From: Candidatus Poribacteria bacterium | Lineage (GTDB): Bacteria > Poribacteria > WGA-4E > PCPOR2b | DNA: 64,000 nt | Direction: 5' to 3' | Assembly: GCA_965208675.1 (NCBI GenBank) | Contig: OZ242351.1 | Span: forward strand, 3,680,001 to 3,744,000 | In this document: positions 31,085-40,887 of the stretch, piece after piece | How positions within the stretch are numbered: the stretch's first letter is position 1 | Layout of the letters: the number at the start of each line of letters is the position of its first letter | The notes under the pieces: generated by a model | What the model was told of the DNA's origin: nothing | Seen by the model: only the letters and a program-made list of their open reading frames with translations | Databases searched by the model: none | Position numbers and translations under genes: made by a program

Positions 31085-31903
31085 ATGCTGGGAGCTATCA
31101 TTGGCGACATCGCTGGTTCCATGTACGAGAGCAAACGTTACAGGATTAAAAGGAAGAATTTTCCTTTCTTCGGGAATTATTGTCGTTTCACAGACGACAC
31201 GGTTTGCACGGTCGCAGTGGCTGATATTCTGCTGCATAACCTCCCACCAGCGCAGACAATGCAGAAGTGGTGCCGACGTTTTCCGAACCGTGGCTACGGC
31301 GGTAGTTTTAGAGACTGGATATATACAGATCAACCCGAACCCTATAACAGTTACGGAAATGGCGCAGCGATGCGTGTCTCTCCAGCGGCGTTTACGAACC
31401 GTGCAAATTTGAGTGCTGCGCTTTCTGCCTCCGACAAGGTAACGGAGATTACGCACAATCACCCGGAAGGTATGAAAGGCGCACGGGCAACGACACACGC
31501 TATTTGGCTCGCGTATCATGGCGAAGCCCAGGAGCACATCCGCAAAGTTATCGCCACCGAATACGGTTACGAGCTTGCCCAGACGGTAGACGATATCCGT
31601 TCCAATTACCCGCCTGAATATCCCTCGGTATTTACTCCCGGGTTCCCTGGTCCCGTGACCTGCATGGGGTCGGTTCCACAAGCAATAACATGTGCGCTGG
31701 AGTCAGAGAGCTTTGAAGACGCTGTGCGTAATGCCATCTCCCTCGGCGGTGATTCTGACACGCTTGCTGCCATTGCTGGTTCGATTGCCGAAGCATTGCA
31801 CGGAATTCCTGATGAACAAAAACTACTGGTAGAAGAACGATACCTTTTCAACGCCCCAGACATCCTTGAAGTGACACAAGAGATGTATCGAACTTCTGAT
31901 TAG
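31085..31903 (+). CDS. ADP-ribosylglycohydrolase (DraG/ARH family), copy 1
   Basis: MLGAIIGDIAGS.YE, FTDDT, SYGNGAAMR, THNHPE, GGDSDT. Confidence 0.93.
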   Translation: MLGAIIGDIAGSMYESKRYRIKRKNFPFFGNYCRFTDDTVCTVAVADILLHNLPPAQTMQKWCRRFPNRGYGGSFRDWIYTDQPEPYNSYGNGAAMRVSPAAFTNRANLSAALSASDKVTEITHNHPEGMKGARATTHAIWLAYHGEAQEHIRKVIATEYGYELAQTVDDIRSNYPPEYPSVFTPGFPGPVTCMGSVPQAITCALESESFEDAVRNAISLGGDSDTLAAIAGSIAEALHGIPDEQKLLVEERYLFNAPDILEVTQEMYRTSD

Positions 31904-32052
31904 CGAATCTTCCAAGATTCGTCCGTGTATTGCTCTTTAATGAAATTCATCTGCTCGGGTTATCGATCGCTAGTTCACTTCGGTGAGCGTAATTTATCGC
32001 AATGTATTGAATCGGGTTGCTCAGAGCAAGGAGGCACAATAGGCAAAAGGCC

Positions 32053-32757
32053 ATGGATCTCCAAGAAGCCAAAATACAATTAGACGATGAAGGCTTTTGC
32101 GTGTTGGAACACCAGATAGATGCGCACGAAGCCGATTACCTAAACAGGCGAGTGTGCAACCTGATGGAGTCTACTCTAGGTCAAGGTACGTATCTTAGCT
32201 TGGAGGGTTCATTGGACCTCATTCCGGAACTTGCGCCGCTTTGCATCCATCCCTCAATTCTTGAATTGGCGGAAGCGGCGCTAGGGGAAAATTTTATCCT
32301 TGCAAATAATGTCGCTATGAAGTTGTGCAAACCCGGGGCGGGATTGGGAGGATTACACGTGGATTGGCCGTTACCTAGTATACCGAAACCTTGGCCTATT
32401 TCGCCCACAGGATTGGCGGTGTTCTGGATGCTCACGGACTTTACAGCGAAGAACGGTGCGACTGCGGTAATTCCGTTTAGCCATCATACGCGGCGCGATC
32501 CTACATCCAACCGTACATATCAACATGAAGTACCTGTCGTCGGGAAAAAGGGGTCGGTGTTAGTTTTTGTCAACGGAATTTGGCATCGCAGCGGCGCAAA
32601 CACTACGCAGAATGAAAATCGAATGGCAGCCAGCGTCTTTTACGTACCTTCTTTTATCTACCGGCCCAGAGATGGCTGGCCGATTATGAAGCGCGATATC
32701 TACGATAAATTCCCGCGGCGATTGCAAGAACTATTGGCGAGATCGGTTGAAGAATAA
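32053..32757 (+). CDS. Phytanoyl-CoA dioxygenase (PhyH)-family Fe/2OG enzyme with canonical HxD
   Basis: LHVDW, WMLTDFTAKNGAT, WHRSGAN, NR. Confidence 0.9.
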   Translation: MDLQEAKIQLDDEGFCVLEHQIDAHEADYLNRRVCNLMESTLGQGTYLSLEGSLDLIPELAPLCIHPSILELAEAALGENFILANNVAMKLCKPGAGLGGLHVDWPLPSIPKPWPISPTGLAVFWMLTDFTAKNGATAVIPFSHHTRRDPTSNRTYQHEVPVVGKKGSVLVFVNGIWHRSGANTTQNENRMAASVFYVPSFIYRPRDGWPIMKRDIYDKFPRRLQELLARSVEE

Positions 32758-32800
32758 ACGGCGTTTGGAAGATTTTGAATTTCGCGGAGAGCAGAAGAGG

Positions 32801-33514
32801 ATGGAGCTGAAAGAAGCCAAGAGGCAGTTGGACGAGCAAGGTTATTGCATATTGGAAGATTTGCTAGATCCCGATGAAGCCGGTCATCTTGATGCACAGG
32901 CGCGCGCCTTCATGGAGCATCAGAACGAGCATATCTGGGGTACGAATGGATATCTCAGTCTGGAAGGAGCGTTGAATCCCATTCCGGAGTTGGCTCCGCT
33001 GTGCACACACCCCACGATTCTTGAATTGGTGGAGATGGTACTCGGCGATAATTTTATCCTTGCGAACAACGTAGCGATGAAGTGGTGTAAACCCGGTGCA
33101 AAAGCTGGGGGACTCCATTCTGCTTGGGCGGCAAGGGAGAGATCTCATACGTTTGTGGATTATTCGATAGATCTCCAAGTCTTCTGGATGCTTACGGATT
33201 TTACGGCAGAAAATGGAGCTACAATGGTTGTGCCTTTTAGCCACCATTCGCGCCGTTCCCCGTCACAAGAACGCTATCCTCAGGAAATTCCCGTCGTTGG
33301 GAAAAAAGGCTCGGTGTTCGCATTCTACGACACACTCTGGCATCGCAGCGGCGCCAACACTAGTTATGACCAGCATCGCATGGCTGCCAACATCCTTTAT
33401 CTCCCTTGGTATATATATATCCATACGGGACAATGGCCGCCGGTGAAACGTGAGCTCTACAATCAATTTTCGCCCCGCTTGCAGGAGCTGCTTGCACGGT
33501 CGGTTGAACCATGA
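32801..33514 (+). CDS. PhyH-family Fe/2OG enzyme with HxA motif (candidate halogenase)
   Basis: LHSAW aligned to LHVDW of the neighbour; WMLTDFTAENGAT, WHRSGAN and HR retained. Confidence 0.85.
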   Translation: MELKEAKRQLDEQGYCILEDLLDPDEAGHLDAQARAFMEHQNEHIWGTNGYLSLEGALNPIPELAPLCTHPTILELVEMVLGDNFILANNVAMKWCKPGAKAGGLHSAWAARERSHTFVDYSIDLQVFWMLTDFTAENGATMVVPFSHHSRRSPSQERYPQEIPVVGKKGSVFAFYDTLWHRSGANTSYDQHRMAANILYLPWYIYIHTGQWPPVKRELYNQFSPRLQELLARSVEP

Positions 33515-33760
33515 TGGCGGAGGTTTAGTCATCAGTTCTCCGATGATTTGATGCTGCGTTACACCTTTTCCGTCGTCCCTCACACTCACCAAAACCGTGC
33601 AGCCTATTTCTGCCCCCGTTTCTTTGATGATTGAATGAAATCACATTCAATTGACGTAATAGTAAACTTTGCAATTTGCAGTGCGTTATGCTACCGGTTT
33701 GGCTAACGAGACGAGCAAAAAGTACCTTAAAAGCAGGTGCCTTGGCGGTTGGAGGACATT

Positions 33761-35584
33761 GTGAACACTGACGAGACTGGCGGGTTACCGTCGTGGGATT
33801 TTTCGGACCTTTATTCAGGCATAGAAGCCTCGGAGCTAGAAGAAGACTTGACGTCGATGACCGCTCAAGCGGCGGCGTTTGAACAAGAATACAAAGGGCG
33901 AATTGCCCGATCTGATGTAACCGCTGATTTACTCCAATCGGCGTTGGCAGCCTATGAAAAACTACTGCAGGCACAGTACAAGCCAAGTGCATTTGCTAAC
34001 CTGGTGTTTTCGACAGATACTGCAGATAGCCGCCGCGGTGCACTACTACAGCGAACACGGGAGATTGGTTCAGCTGCGGCAAAGCATTTGATTTTCTTCG
34101 ATCTCGAAATTGGAAACATCCCGCAGGACACTTTCGAGGACATCATCAGTCAACCGCAGCTCGAACCATACCGTCATTATCTCCAACACCAACGTGAACT
34201 TGCAAAACACAACTTAAGCGAGGCGGAGGAAGGGATTTTAGAGGAAACCGCCAATACACGCGGCCGAGCATTCGAACGGTTATTCACCGAGATAACATCA
34301 CGTCAAACTTTCTGCCTTGGTGAAGAAAAACTGACCCAAAGCGAGCTGCTTGCACGCTTCCACGACCCCGACCGTGAAACGCGTAAGGCTGCCTCGACCG
34401 CCTTAACACATGAGCTCAAAGAGGGCGCCCACATACTGACATTTATATTTAATACGCTGCTTCACGAAAAGCAGATAATCGACCGTTTGCGCGGTTTTTC
34501 GACTGCAGAAGCAGCACGTCACCTCGACAATGAGGTAGACGAGGCGGTAGTCAATATGGTTGTGGACGTGTGCGCGGACAATTATGGAACCGTCGCCGAC
34601 TATTATCACCTCAAGCGAGAGTTGCTGGGTCTGGATGAGTTGGCCCACTACGATCGATATGCCCCTATAACCAGTAAGCGCACTAAGTTCTCATTCGAGG
34701 AAGCCAAAGACATCGTGCTCGACGCTTTTGGACGTTTCTCGCCGAAACTCACCGCGATTACCGAACCGTTTTTCAGCAGACGTTGGATTGATGCCACTCT
34801 GCGAACAGGTAAACAGGGCGGCGCATATTGTGCCGCTATCACTCCAGATTTACATCCATATATTCTCATGAATTACACCGGTGAACCACGTGACGTGATG
34901 ACGTTAGCGCACGAATTGGGGCACGGTGTTCACGATGTCCTTGCCAGCGAACAGAGCTTGCTTAACTACTACCCTGTCCTACCGCTGGCAGAGACAGCGA
35001 GTACCTTCGGTGAAATGCTGGTGTTCGACGCGCTTCAAGCTAAACTGTCTTCGCCGCATGAGCGGCTGGCTCTATTGTGCGGGAAGGTTGAAGACACTTT
35101 TGCGACCGTGTTTCGTCAAATTGCTATGTACCGCTTCGAGCGAGAAGCTCATCGCCTGCGGCGTGAACAGGGTGAGCAGCCTACCGAAGCCTACTGTGAA
35201 CTCTGGCAGCGGACGATGCAGGAAATGTTCGGCGACTCACTGACGTTGGGCGAAGAACACCGGTGGTGGTGGCTTTACATCCCGCACATTAACCAAAGTC
35301 CGTTTTACGTCTATGCCTATGCTTTCGGCGAGTTGCTGGTGCTGTCACTCTATGCGAAGTATCAACACGAGGGCGAAGCATTTGTGCCTGCCTACTTTGA
35401 ATTGTTGCGAGCTGGTGGTTCTGCGCCGCCTGCAAAATTAATCGCTGACATGGGTATTGACATCACATCTTCTGGCTTTTGGCAGGGGGGATGCAATTTG
35501 GTTCTCGAAAAAGTCGAACAAGCGAAGGAACTGGCAAAGACTATTGGCGAGAAAAATAGCAGGTATTGGGGCGAGAAACAGTGA
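33761..35584 (+). CDS. M3-family oligoendopeptidase (PepF-like)
   Basis: WDFSDLY, GKQGGAYC, TLAHELGHGVH, AETAS, FYVYAYAFG; GTG start after GGAGG. Confidence 0.93.
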   Translation: MNTDETGGLPSWDFSDLYSGIEASELEEDLTSMTAQAAAFEQEYKGRIARSDVTADLLQSALAAYEKLLQAQYKPSAFANLVFSTDTADSRRGALLQRTREIGSAAAKHLIFFDLEIGNIPQDTFEDIISQPQLEPYRHYLQHQRELAKHNLSEAEEGILEETANTRGRAFERLFTEITSRQTFCLGEEKLTQSELLARFHDPDRETRKAASTALTHELKEGAHILTFIFNTLLHEKQIIDRLRGFSTAEAARHLDNEVDEAVVNMVVDVCADNYGTVADYYHLKRELLGLDELAHYDRYAPITSKRTKFSFEEAKDIVLDAFGRFSPKLTAITEPFFSRRWIDATLRTGKQGGAYCAAITPDLHPYILMNYTGEPRDVMTLAHELGHGVHDVLASEQSLLNYYPVLPLAETASTFGEMLVFDALQAKLSSPHERLALLCGKVEDTFATVFRQIAMYRFEREAHRLRREQGEQPTEAYCELWQRTMQEMFGDSLTLGEEHRWWWLYIPHINQSPFYVYAYAFGELLVLSLYAKYQHEGEAFVPAYFELLRAGGSAPPAKLIADMGIDITSSGFWQGGCNLVLEKVEQAKELAKTIGEKNSRYWGEKQ

Positions 35585-35616
35585 TTCGCCTCTTTCAAAG
35601 TGACGATTGTAGGAAG

Positions 35617-37053
35617 ATGGAATTAAACAATCAACGGAATCGGTTTATCAACTACCTCAAATCAATCCCAATCCAATGTCTCGGCGCAGCAATCTTCTTC
35701 TGGATTTACCACAAGCTCCTAGTCTATCTGATGATGGATGGGCTCAATCTTGGCGCGGTAAAATTCGACAACCATGTTGCACCGCTCTATGCGGAACCAC
35801 AAGCCAACCTGAGTTTGTGGATATTTCCGGCGTTGATTATCCTCGCAGGGTTCCTTCTAATTTGCCGAAAAATACTACTCCGTCAAGCTACGCCGCGCAC
35901 TCGGTTTTTTGCAATTTCAATCTTGAGTTTTCTAGTCATCGGCATCAGCGTTGCGATGATTGACGGCTATCAAGAGGTGGATGGACAGCACATACCCGCC
36001 TTCCTCGAACCATACACACGGACAAGCTTGGAATACTATGGCGATGTACCGAAGGTCGACGCGGTAGGTTTCCAATCATTTCTGCGAGACTACGCGAAAC
36101 CGGAACTGTTCCAAACTTTATCGCTACATTCCCAAACTCATCCACCGGGCGGCATTCTGTTTCTATGGATGGCCAGTAAATGCTTCGGTTACAATCTACT
36201 GACCGCCGCCCTTGCGACCATCTGCTTTACGAGTATATCCGTAATTCCAATCTATTGGCTCGCGAAGGACTTATACGGTGAAGCGGTTGGACGGTACGCA
36301 ACGGTACTATTCTTGATTATGCCCAGCTTTGTTATGTTCACGACAACATCCATGGATGGTCCGTTCAGTGTATTTCCAATCGTTAGCGTCTACCTGTTTT
36401 ACAAAGCCACGTCATCCAGATCAACGCTATACGCTGTCTTAACAGGAATTTCACTCGGATTTGGGATGTTTATGACCTTTTCAACTGTTTTCATCGGCAT
36501 GTTTTTTGGTGTTGTGACACTGCTTACATTAATGATGGATCGCAAACGGTTCAAGGGTGTGTTGACATCATTGTTCATTGCCGGTGCGGTATTCGCCGCA
36601 TTCTATCTTCTGATGTTCGCAGTCTCGGGGTTCAACCTATTTGACGTGTTAATGGCTGCGATTGAAAAGGACGAGAATTTAATGGGGACAGGGTACGAAT
36701 CAATTTCGCGGTACTTTCACGTAAGCGTTGCGAACCTGTTTGCCTTTTTAATCGGCATCGGAATACCCATAACGATAGTATGGTCGAATCAGATTCCACG
36801 GATGTTTCGGCGAAGAGACATCTATGCGATTGGCTATTTTATCTCATTGCTCGTGATTGCTTTTTCAACGCTGTACACAATGGAGGTGGAACGCATCTGG
36901 ATATACATGGCACCGTTTGTCGTGATTCCAGTTGCAAAGTATCTTCGAGATCTCTGCGACGATCAACAGCGCACATCTCCATTCTATTGGGTAGCGGGGT
37001 TGTTGTGCCTTCAATTGATTCTGTTTGAAGCTACAATGTATACGTATTGGTAG
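35617..37053 (+). CDS. GT-C fold membrane glycosyltransferase (PMT/ArnT/GT39-like)
   Basis: Many TM helices, THPPG motif, TSMD, EVERIW. Confidence 0.75.
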   Translation: MELNNQRNRFINYLKSIPIQCLGAAIFFWIYHKLLVYLMMDGLNLGAVKFDNHVAPLYAEPQANLSLWIFPALIILAGFLLICRKILLRQATPRTRFFAISILSFLVIGISVAMIDGYQEVDGQHIPAFLEPYTRTSLEYYGDVPKVDAVGFQSFLRDYAKPELFQTLSLHSQTHPPGGILFLWMASKCFGYNLLTAALATICFTSISVIPIYWLAKDLYGEAVGRYATVLFLIMPSFVMFTTTSMDGPFSVFPIVSVYLFYKATSSRSTLYAVLTGISLGFGMFMTFSTVFIGMFFGVVTLLTLMMDRKRFKGVLTSLFIAGAVFAAFYLLMFAVSGFNLFDVLMAAIEKDENLMGTGYESISRYFHVSVANLFAFLIGIGIPITIVWSNQIPRMFRRRDIYAIGYFISLLVIAFSTLYTMEVERIWIYMAPFVVIPVAKYLRDLCDDQQRTSPFYWVAGLLCLQLILFEATMYTYW

Positions 37054-37116
37054 GACGAATTTGGGGGCTCTCCGATGTAATCGACAATATTTGCGACCAC
37101 CTTATTGACTAATACA

Positions 37117-38871
37117 TTAAACACCAGCAATACGAACTGCTTTATTCCTTCTCCGCCTCTTCTTTGACTTTTTCGAAGTCGGAGCGATCCTCGGCTTTTC
37201 ATGTTCCTGTTTGGCACCCTTTGGCAGCTGTTTCCCGTGCGCATCCGTCTTTTCCTGCGTTGTTATCCCCTTCTCCAATCGAACATGGGCTTCATATTCA
37301 GCGTAAGTCCCTATGAATTGCTTAGCAGTGCCGTTCTTAAAAACTACCAGTTTGGTGGCGAGTTTGTTCAGAAAGTAGCGATCGTGGGAGATTATCAAGA
37401 TAGTTGCGGGATACGCCGCCAAGGCTTCCTCAAGCACTTCACGAGATGGGATGTCGAGATGGTTAGTCGGCTCATCAAGAAGAAGCACATTCGCATTTTC
37501 CATGAGCAACTTAGCTAGCATAACGCGGCTCTGTTCGCCGCCGCTGAGATCGCCAACCCGCTTGAACACTGAATCACCGGAAAACAGGAATTTTCCAAGG
37601 TAATTGCGAATCTCTCCTTGGGTGTACGTTGGGCGCAACTCCCAAATCTCGTCGATTACGGTGTTTGCTGGATTCAGTCCTCCCAGTTCCTGATCGTAAT
37701 ATCCGAACTGAAGATTGTGCCCTGTCTTTAGATTTCCCGTGGTGGGCTTTTCGTGATTCAGAATCATTCGGAATAGCGTTGTCTTTCCAACACCATTCGG
37801 CCCAATGATTCCGATGACATCACCGCGGTGTGCATCAAGGTTCAAGTTTTCAAAGATTGACACTTGTCCATATCGTTTCCCCAAATTTTGACATTGCAAA
37901 ATGTCATTTCCGCCGCGCTCAGCCAGCGTGAAATTGAGGTTCATTTTTGGTGTTTTGGTATGGGGCTTTTCGATTCGCTCTAACCGATTCAACAGTTTCT
38001 GCCGCCCTTTCGCTTCGCGTGTGCGCTGCCCAGCGATGTTACGTTGAATAAACTCTTCCTCGTGAGCGATGTGCCGTTGTTGTTTTTTATACTCGCGTTC
38101 TTGAGTCAAAGTCTCGAGGTTTTTGGTTTTGAGATACTTGGTGTAATTTCCGCGGTACCACTTAATCTTGTGATTATGGAGCTCCACAATTTTCCCAACG
38201 ACGCGATCCAAAAAATAGCGGTCGTGTGAGATGACGATTGCCGCTCCTTGGTATTCAGTATTCAGGAAATATTCCAACCACTCAATCGCCTTGATGTCAA
38301 GATGGTTGGTTGGTTCATCAAGAAGGAGTAGATCGGGCGCTTCAAGCAGCAATTTAGCTAGTGCGGCTCGGCTTTTCTGGCCGCCGCTCAAAATACCGCA
38401 TCTCAAGTGAAAATCGGCTTCACAAAACCCTAGCCCGCCCAGCGTTTTGTTAATTCGGTGCTCATAGCTGTAACCGCCGATGAGTTCATGCTGTTCCTGC
38501 AGCCGGGCATATTCCTTTAATATCACCGGGTTATTCCTGTCGTCCTCCAGCCGTTCGCTTAACAAGAGTAGCTGATCTTCCAGATCTCGCTGTGTCTGAA
38601 ATACCTTGAGCATCTCCTGGCGTAACGTACAATCGGGATGTAAATCGGTCTCTTGGCTGAGGTACCCAATCCGTGTCTTTTTCCCGCGAATGACCCTGCC
38701 TCGAAAATCTGGGATTAAACCCGCTATAATTGAAATTAACGTGGTTTTACCGCTGCCGTTCGGACCAATGAGTCCGATTCGATCCCGATGTTCAATTGAT
38801 AGAGATATATCATCAAGGATGAGGTAAGGGTCATACGACTTTGTGACGTGTTCCAATCTGACTAAAGACAT
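37117..38871 (-). CDS. ABC-F family ATP-binding protein
   Basis: Two ABC domains (GPNGSGKT, LSGGQ, LLDEPTNHLD; GPNGVGKT, LSGGE), GNY linker, no TM segments. Confidence 0.95.
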   Translation of the reverse strand: MSLVRLEHVTKSYDPYLILDDISLSIEHRDRIGLIGPNGSGKTTLISIIAGLIPDFRGRVIRGKKTRIGYLSQETDLHPDCTLRQEMLKVFQTQRDLEDQLLLLSERLEDDRNNPVILKEYARLQEQHELIGGYSYEHRINKTLGGLGFCEADFHLRCGILSGGQKSRAALAKLLLEAPDLLLLDEPTNHLDIKAIEWLEYFLNTEYQGAAIVISHDRYFLDRVVGKIVELHNHKIKWYRGNYTKYLKTKNLETLTQEREYKKQQRHIAHEEEFIQRNIAGQRTREAKGRQKLLNRLERIEKPHTKTPKMNLNFTLAERGGNDILQCQNLGKRYGQVSIFENLNLDAHRGDVIGIIGPNGVGKTTLFRMILNHEKPTTGNLKTGHNLQFGYYDQELGGLNPANTVIDEIWELRPTYTQGEIRNYLGKFLFSGDSVFKRVGDLSGGEQSRVMLAKLLMENANVLLLDEPTNHLDIPSREVLEEALAAYPATILIISHDRYFLNKLATKLVVFKNGTAKQFIGTYAEYEAHVRLEKGITTQEKTDAHGKQLPKGAKQEHEKPRIAPTSKKSKKRRRRNKAVRIAGV

Positions 38872-39002
38872 GATAAGCGTTTCTCTTGAAATTAGTTTTC
38901 CGCGCTTGTTGTTGCAGTCGCAACATTAGGCAGAGCGAAGATTGACTTTCTCCGAAAAACTGTGATACCATTCCGAAGTCTTGTCTCTAAAGGATGTAGA
39001 AA

Positions 39003-39956
39003 ATGTCCATCCGAAATTATCTCTATCTGACAAGTGTCCCCAATCAAGAGGCAGAGCTGGTAAACGCTGAATCCACGATATTAACGGGTCACGCCCCAAA
39101 TGCTTGTGGGATAACAATCTCAGAAAGATGTGTTGATGTCACACGCGGCGCCTATGTGAAGTCTTGCATGGAAATTCTGTTCGAGGGAGGAGATATCACA
39201 GAAGTTTGCGGACAGATAGAAACCTCAGGATTATATGCTGAAGATTTTCGTGTGTCGGTTGTCAAACGACCGCGCCGTCTGGCAGCGGACACAATGAAAA
39301 TCGCTCATATCGTTGGCGGAGTCATCGGAGGTACCGTGTGTTTGGCACGACCGCGAGTTGTGTTTTTGGTCGTAATCACGAATGAAAAAGTCTGGATGGG
39401 ACGGCTTCTGTCTGAATCGGACAGCTCGTGGTTTGTCCACCGGAAACGTCCCTACATGACATCAAGCGCGCTTCCAACAAGACTCGCAAGAGCAATCGTC
39501 AACCTGATTGCCGACCCTAGCGACCGGCTTGTTGATCCGTGCTGCGGCACAGGTACAATTGTGTTAGAAGCCGCGCGCATGGGAATGCGGGTCGTTGGGT
39601 ATGACATCAATCCCAAGATGGTCAAGGCGACGCAGGGGAATTTGGCGCATCACAATTTAGATGCCAGTGTTTTGCTCGGCGATGCGCGTCAAATTAGCGA
39701 ACCGTTTGACGCCCTAGCGACGAACCTTCCTTACGGAATTATGCTGGATCGCACCCCGATACAAGACCGGGAGATTTTGCAGAATCTCAGTAACGTAGCA
39801 CCTAAAGCTGCGTTTGTTGCAATCCAAGACCTAAGCGAACCGCTTGAAGATTTGGGGTATCGCATTCAGCAGATCGTGCACGCCCCCAAACAAAACATGG
39901 TACGGCGAATCTATATTACGGACACCGGACATACGGGTGGAAGCAGTGGAGAGTGA
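39003..39956 (+). CDS. Trm11/RlmL-like SAM-dependent RNA methyltransferase
   Basis: LARAIVNL, DPCCGTGT, GYDI, TNLPYG. Confidence 0.8.
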   Translation: MSIRNYLYLTSVPNQEAELVNAESTILTGHAPNACGITISERCVDVTRGAYVKSCMEILFEGGDITEVCGQIETSGLYAEDFRVSVVKRPRRLAADTMKIAHIVGGVIGGTVCLARPRVVFLVVITNEKVWMGRLLSESDSSWFVHRKRPYMTSSALPTRLARAIVNLIADPSDRLVDPCCGTGTIVLEAARMGMRVVGYDINPKMVKATQGNLAHHNLDASVLLGDARQISEPFDALATNLPYGIMLDRTPIQDREILQNLSNVAPKAAFVAIQDLSEPLEDLGYRIQQIVHAPKQNMVRRIYITDTGHTGGSSGE

Positions 39957-39969
39957 TGCGTGGAAAGTT

Positions 39970-40036
39970 AAGACTATCGCACTCACTGTCCGTAGGATTT
40001 ATCTATTCGCTCAGTTGACCACTCAACCCAACCTAC
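39970..40036. repeat. REP-related element
   Basis: AAGACTATCGCACTCACT...ACCCAACCTAC; similar ends at 50446..50594. Confidence 0.55.
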
Positions 40037-40083
40037 ATTAACTAGATAGCGTGTCACCGAGTAGTGGCGGCAAGACTGCGAAT

Positions 40084-40860
40084 TTAATCGCCGGCAACCC
40101 GATACATTTCCTGTATCACTTCGCAGATGTCTGGAGCATCTGTAAGGAATTGATTCACTGCAAGTTCTATAAACTCATCGGGAATACCGTGCAGCGCCTC
40201 GGCGACGGGGCCCGCAATTGCAGCGAGCGTGTCGGCATCGCCGCCCAGGGAAACGGCATTTCGTACCGCATCTTCAAAACTCTCGGACTCCAGCGCACAT
40301 GTGATTGCCTGTGGCACCGTACCCTGACAAGTCTCGTCAAAAGAATAGCCGGGACGGATTTCGTCCACGGTTCGTCTCAGGTCGTAGCCGTATTCGACAG
40401 CGATAGTTTGGCGAATGTCGGTTGTTGTCTCCCCTTGATACGCGAGCCAGATAGCGTGTGTTGTTGCCCGTGCGCCCTTCATCCCTTCCGGATGGTTGTG
40501 TGTGATGGCGGTCACGTTGTCGGCGGCATTTAGCGCAGCGTCCAGGTCGTCTCGGTTGAGGAACGCCGCTGGCGATACGCGCATTGCCGCACCGTTGCCG
40601 TAACTTTCATAGGGTTCTGGATCCCAGAAAATCCACTGACCAAAAAATCCGCCGTATCCACGGCCCGGATGCCGTCGGCACCACTCCTGCATTGTCTGCG
40701 CGGGTGGAAGGTTATGCAATAGGATATCTGCAACAGCCGCCGTGCAAACCGAATCATCGGTAAAATCGCACTGCGGGTCGAAGAAAGTAAAATCTTTGGT
40801 TTTTATTCGATTCCACTCGTAGATTGAGCCGACAATGTCACCAATAATTGCACCTAACAT
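40084..40860 (-). CDS. ADP-ribosylglycohydrolase (DraG/ARH family), copy 2
   Basis: MLGAIIGDIVGS.YE, FTDDS, SYGNGAAMR, THNHPE, GGDADT; GGAGG RBS. Confidence 0.93.
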   Translation of the reverse strand: MLGAIIGDIVGSIYEWNRIKTKDFTFFDPQCDFTDDSVCTAAVADILLHNLPPAQTMQEWCRRHPGRGYGGFFGQWIFWDPEPYESYGNGAAMRVSPAAFLNRDDLDAALNAADNVTAITHNHPEGMKGARATTHAIWLAYQGETTTDIRQTIAVEYGYDLRRTVDEIRPGYSFDETCQGTVPQAITCALESESFEDAVRNAVSLGGDADTLAAIAGPVAEALHGIPDEFIELAVNQFLTDAPDICEVIQEMYRVAGD

Positions 40861-40887
40861 TTTTCCTCCAGATTAAATTCCGCGCCT

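Noticed and set aside
31013-31681. 222-aa antisense ORF, with a similar one at 40051..40533
   Set aside because: These are shadows of the two ARH genes; their similarity follows from the sense-strand duplication.
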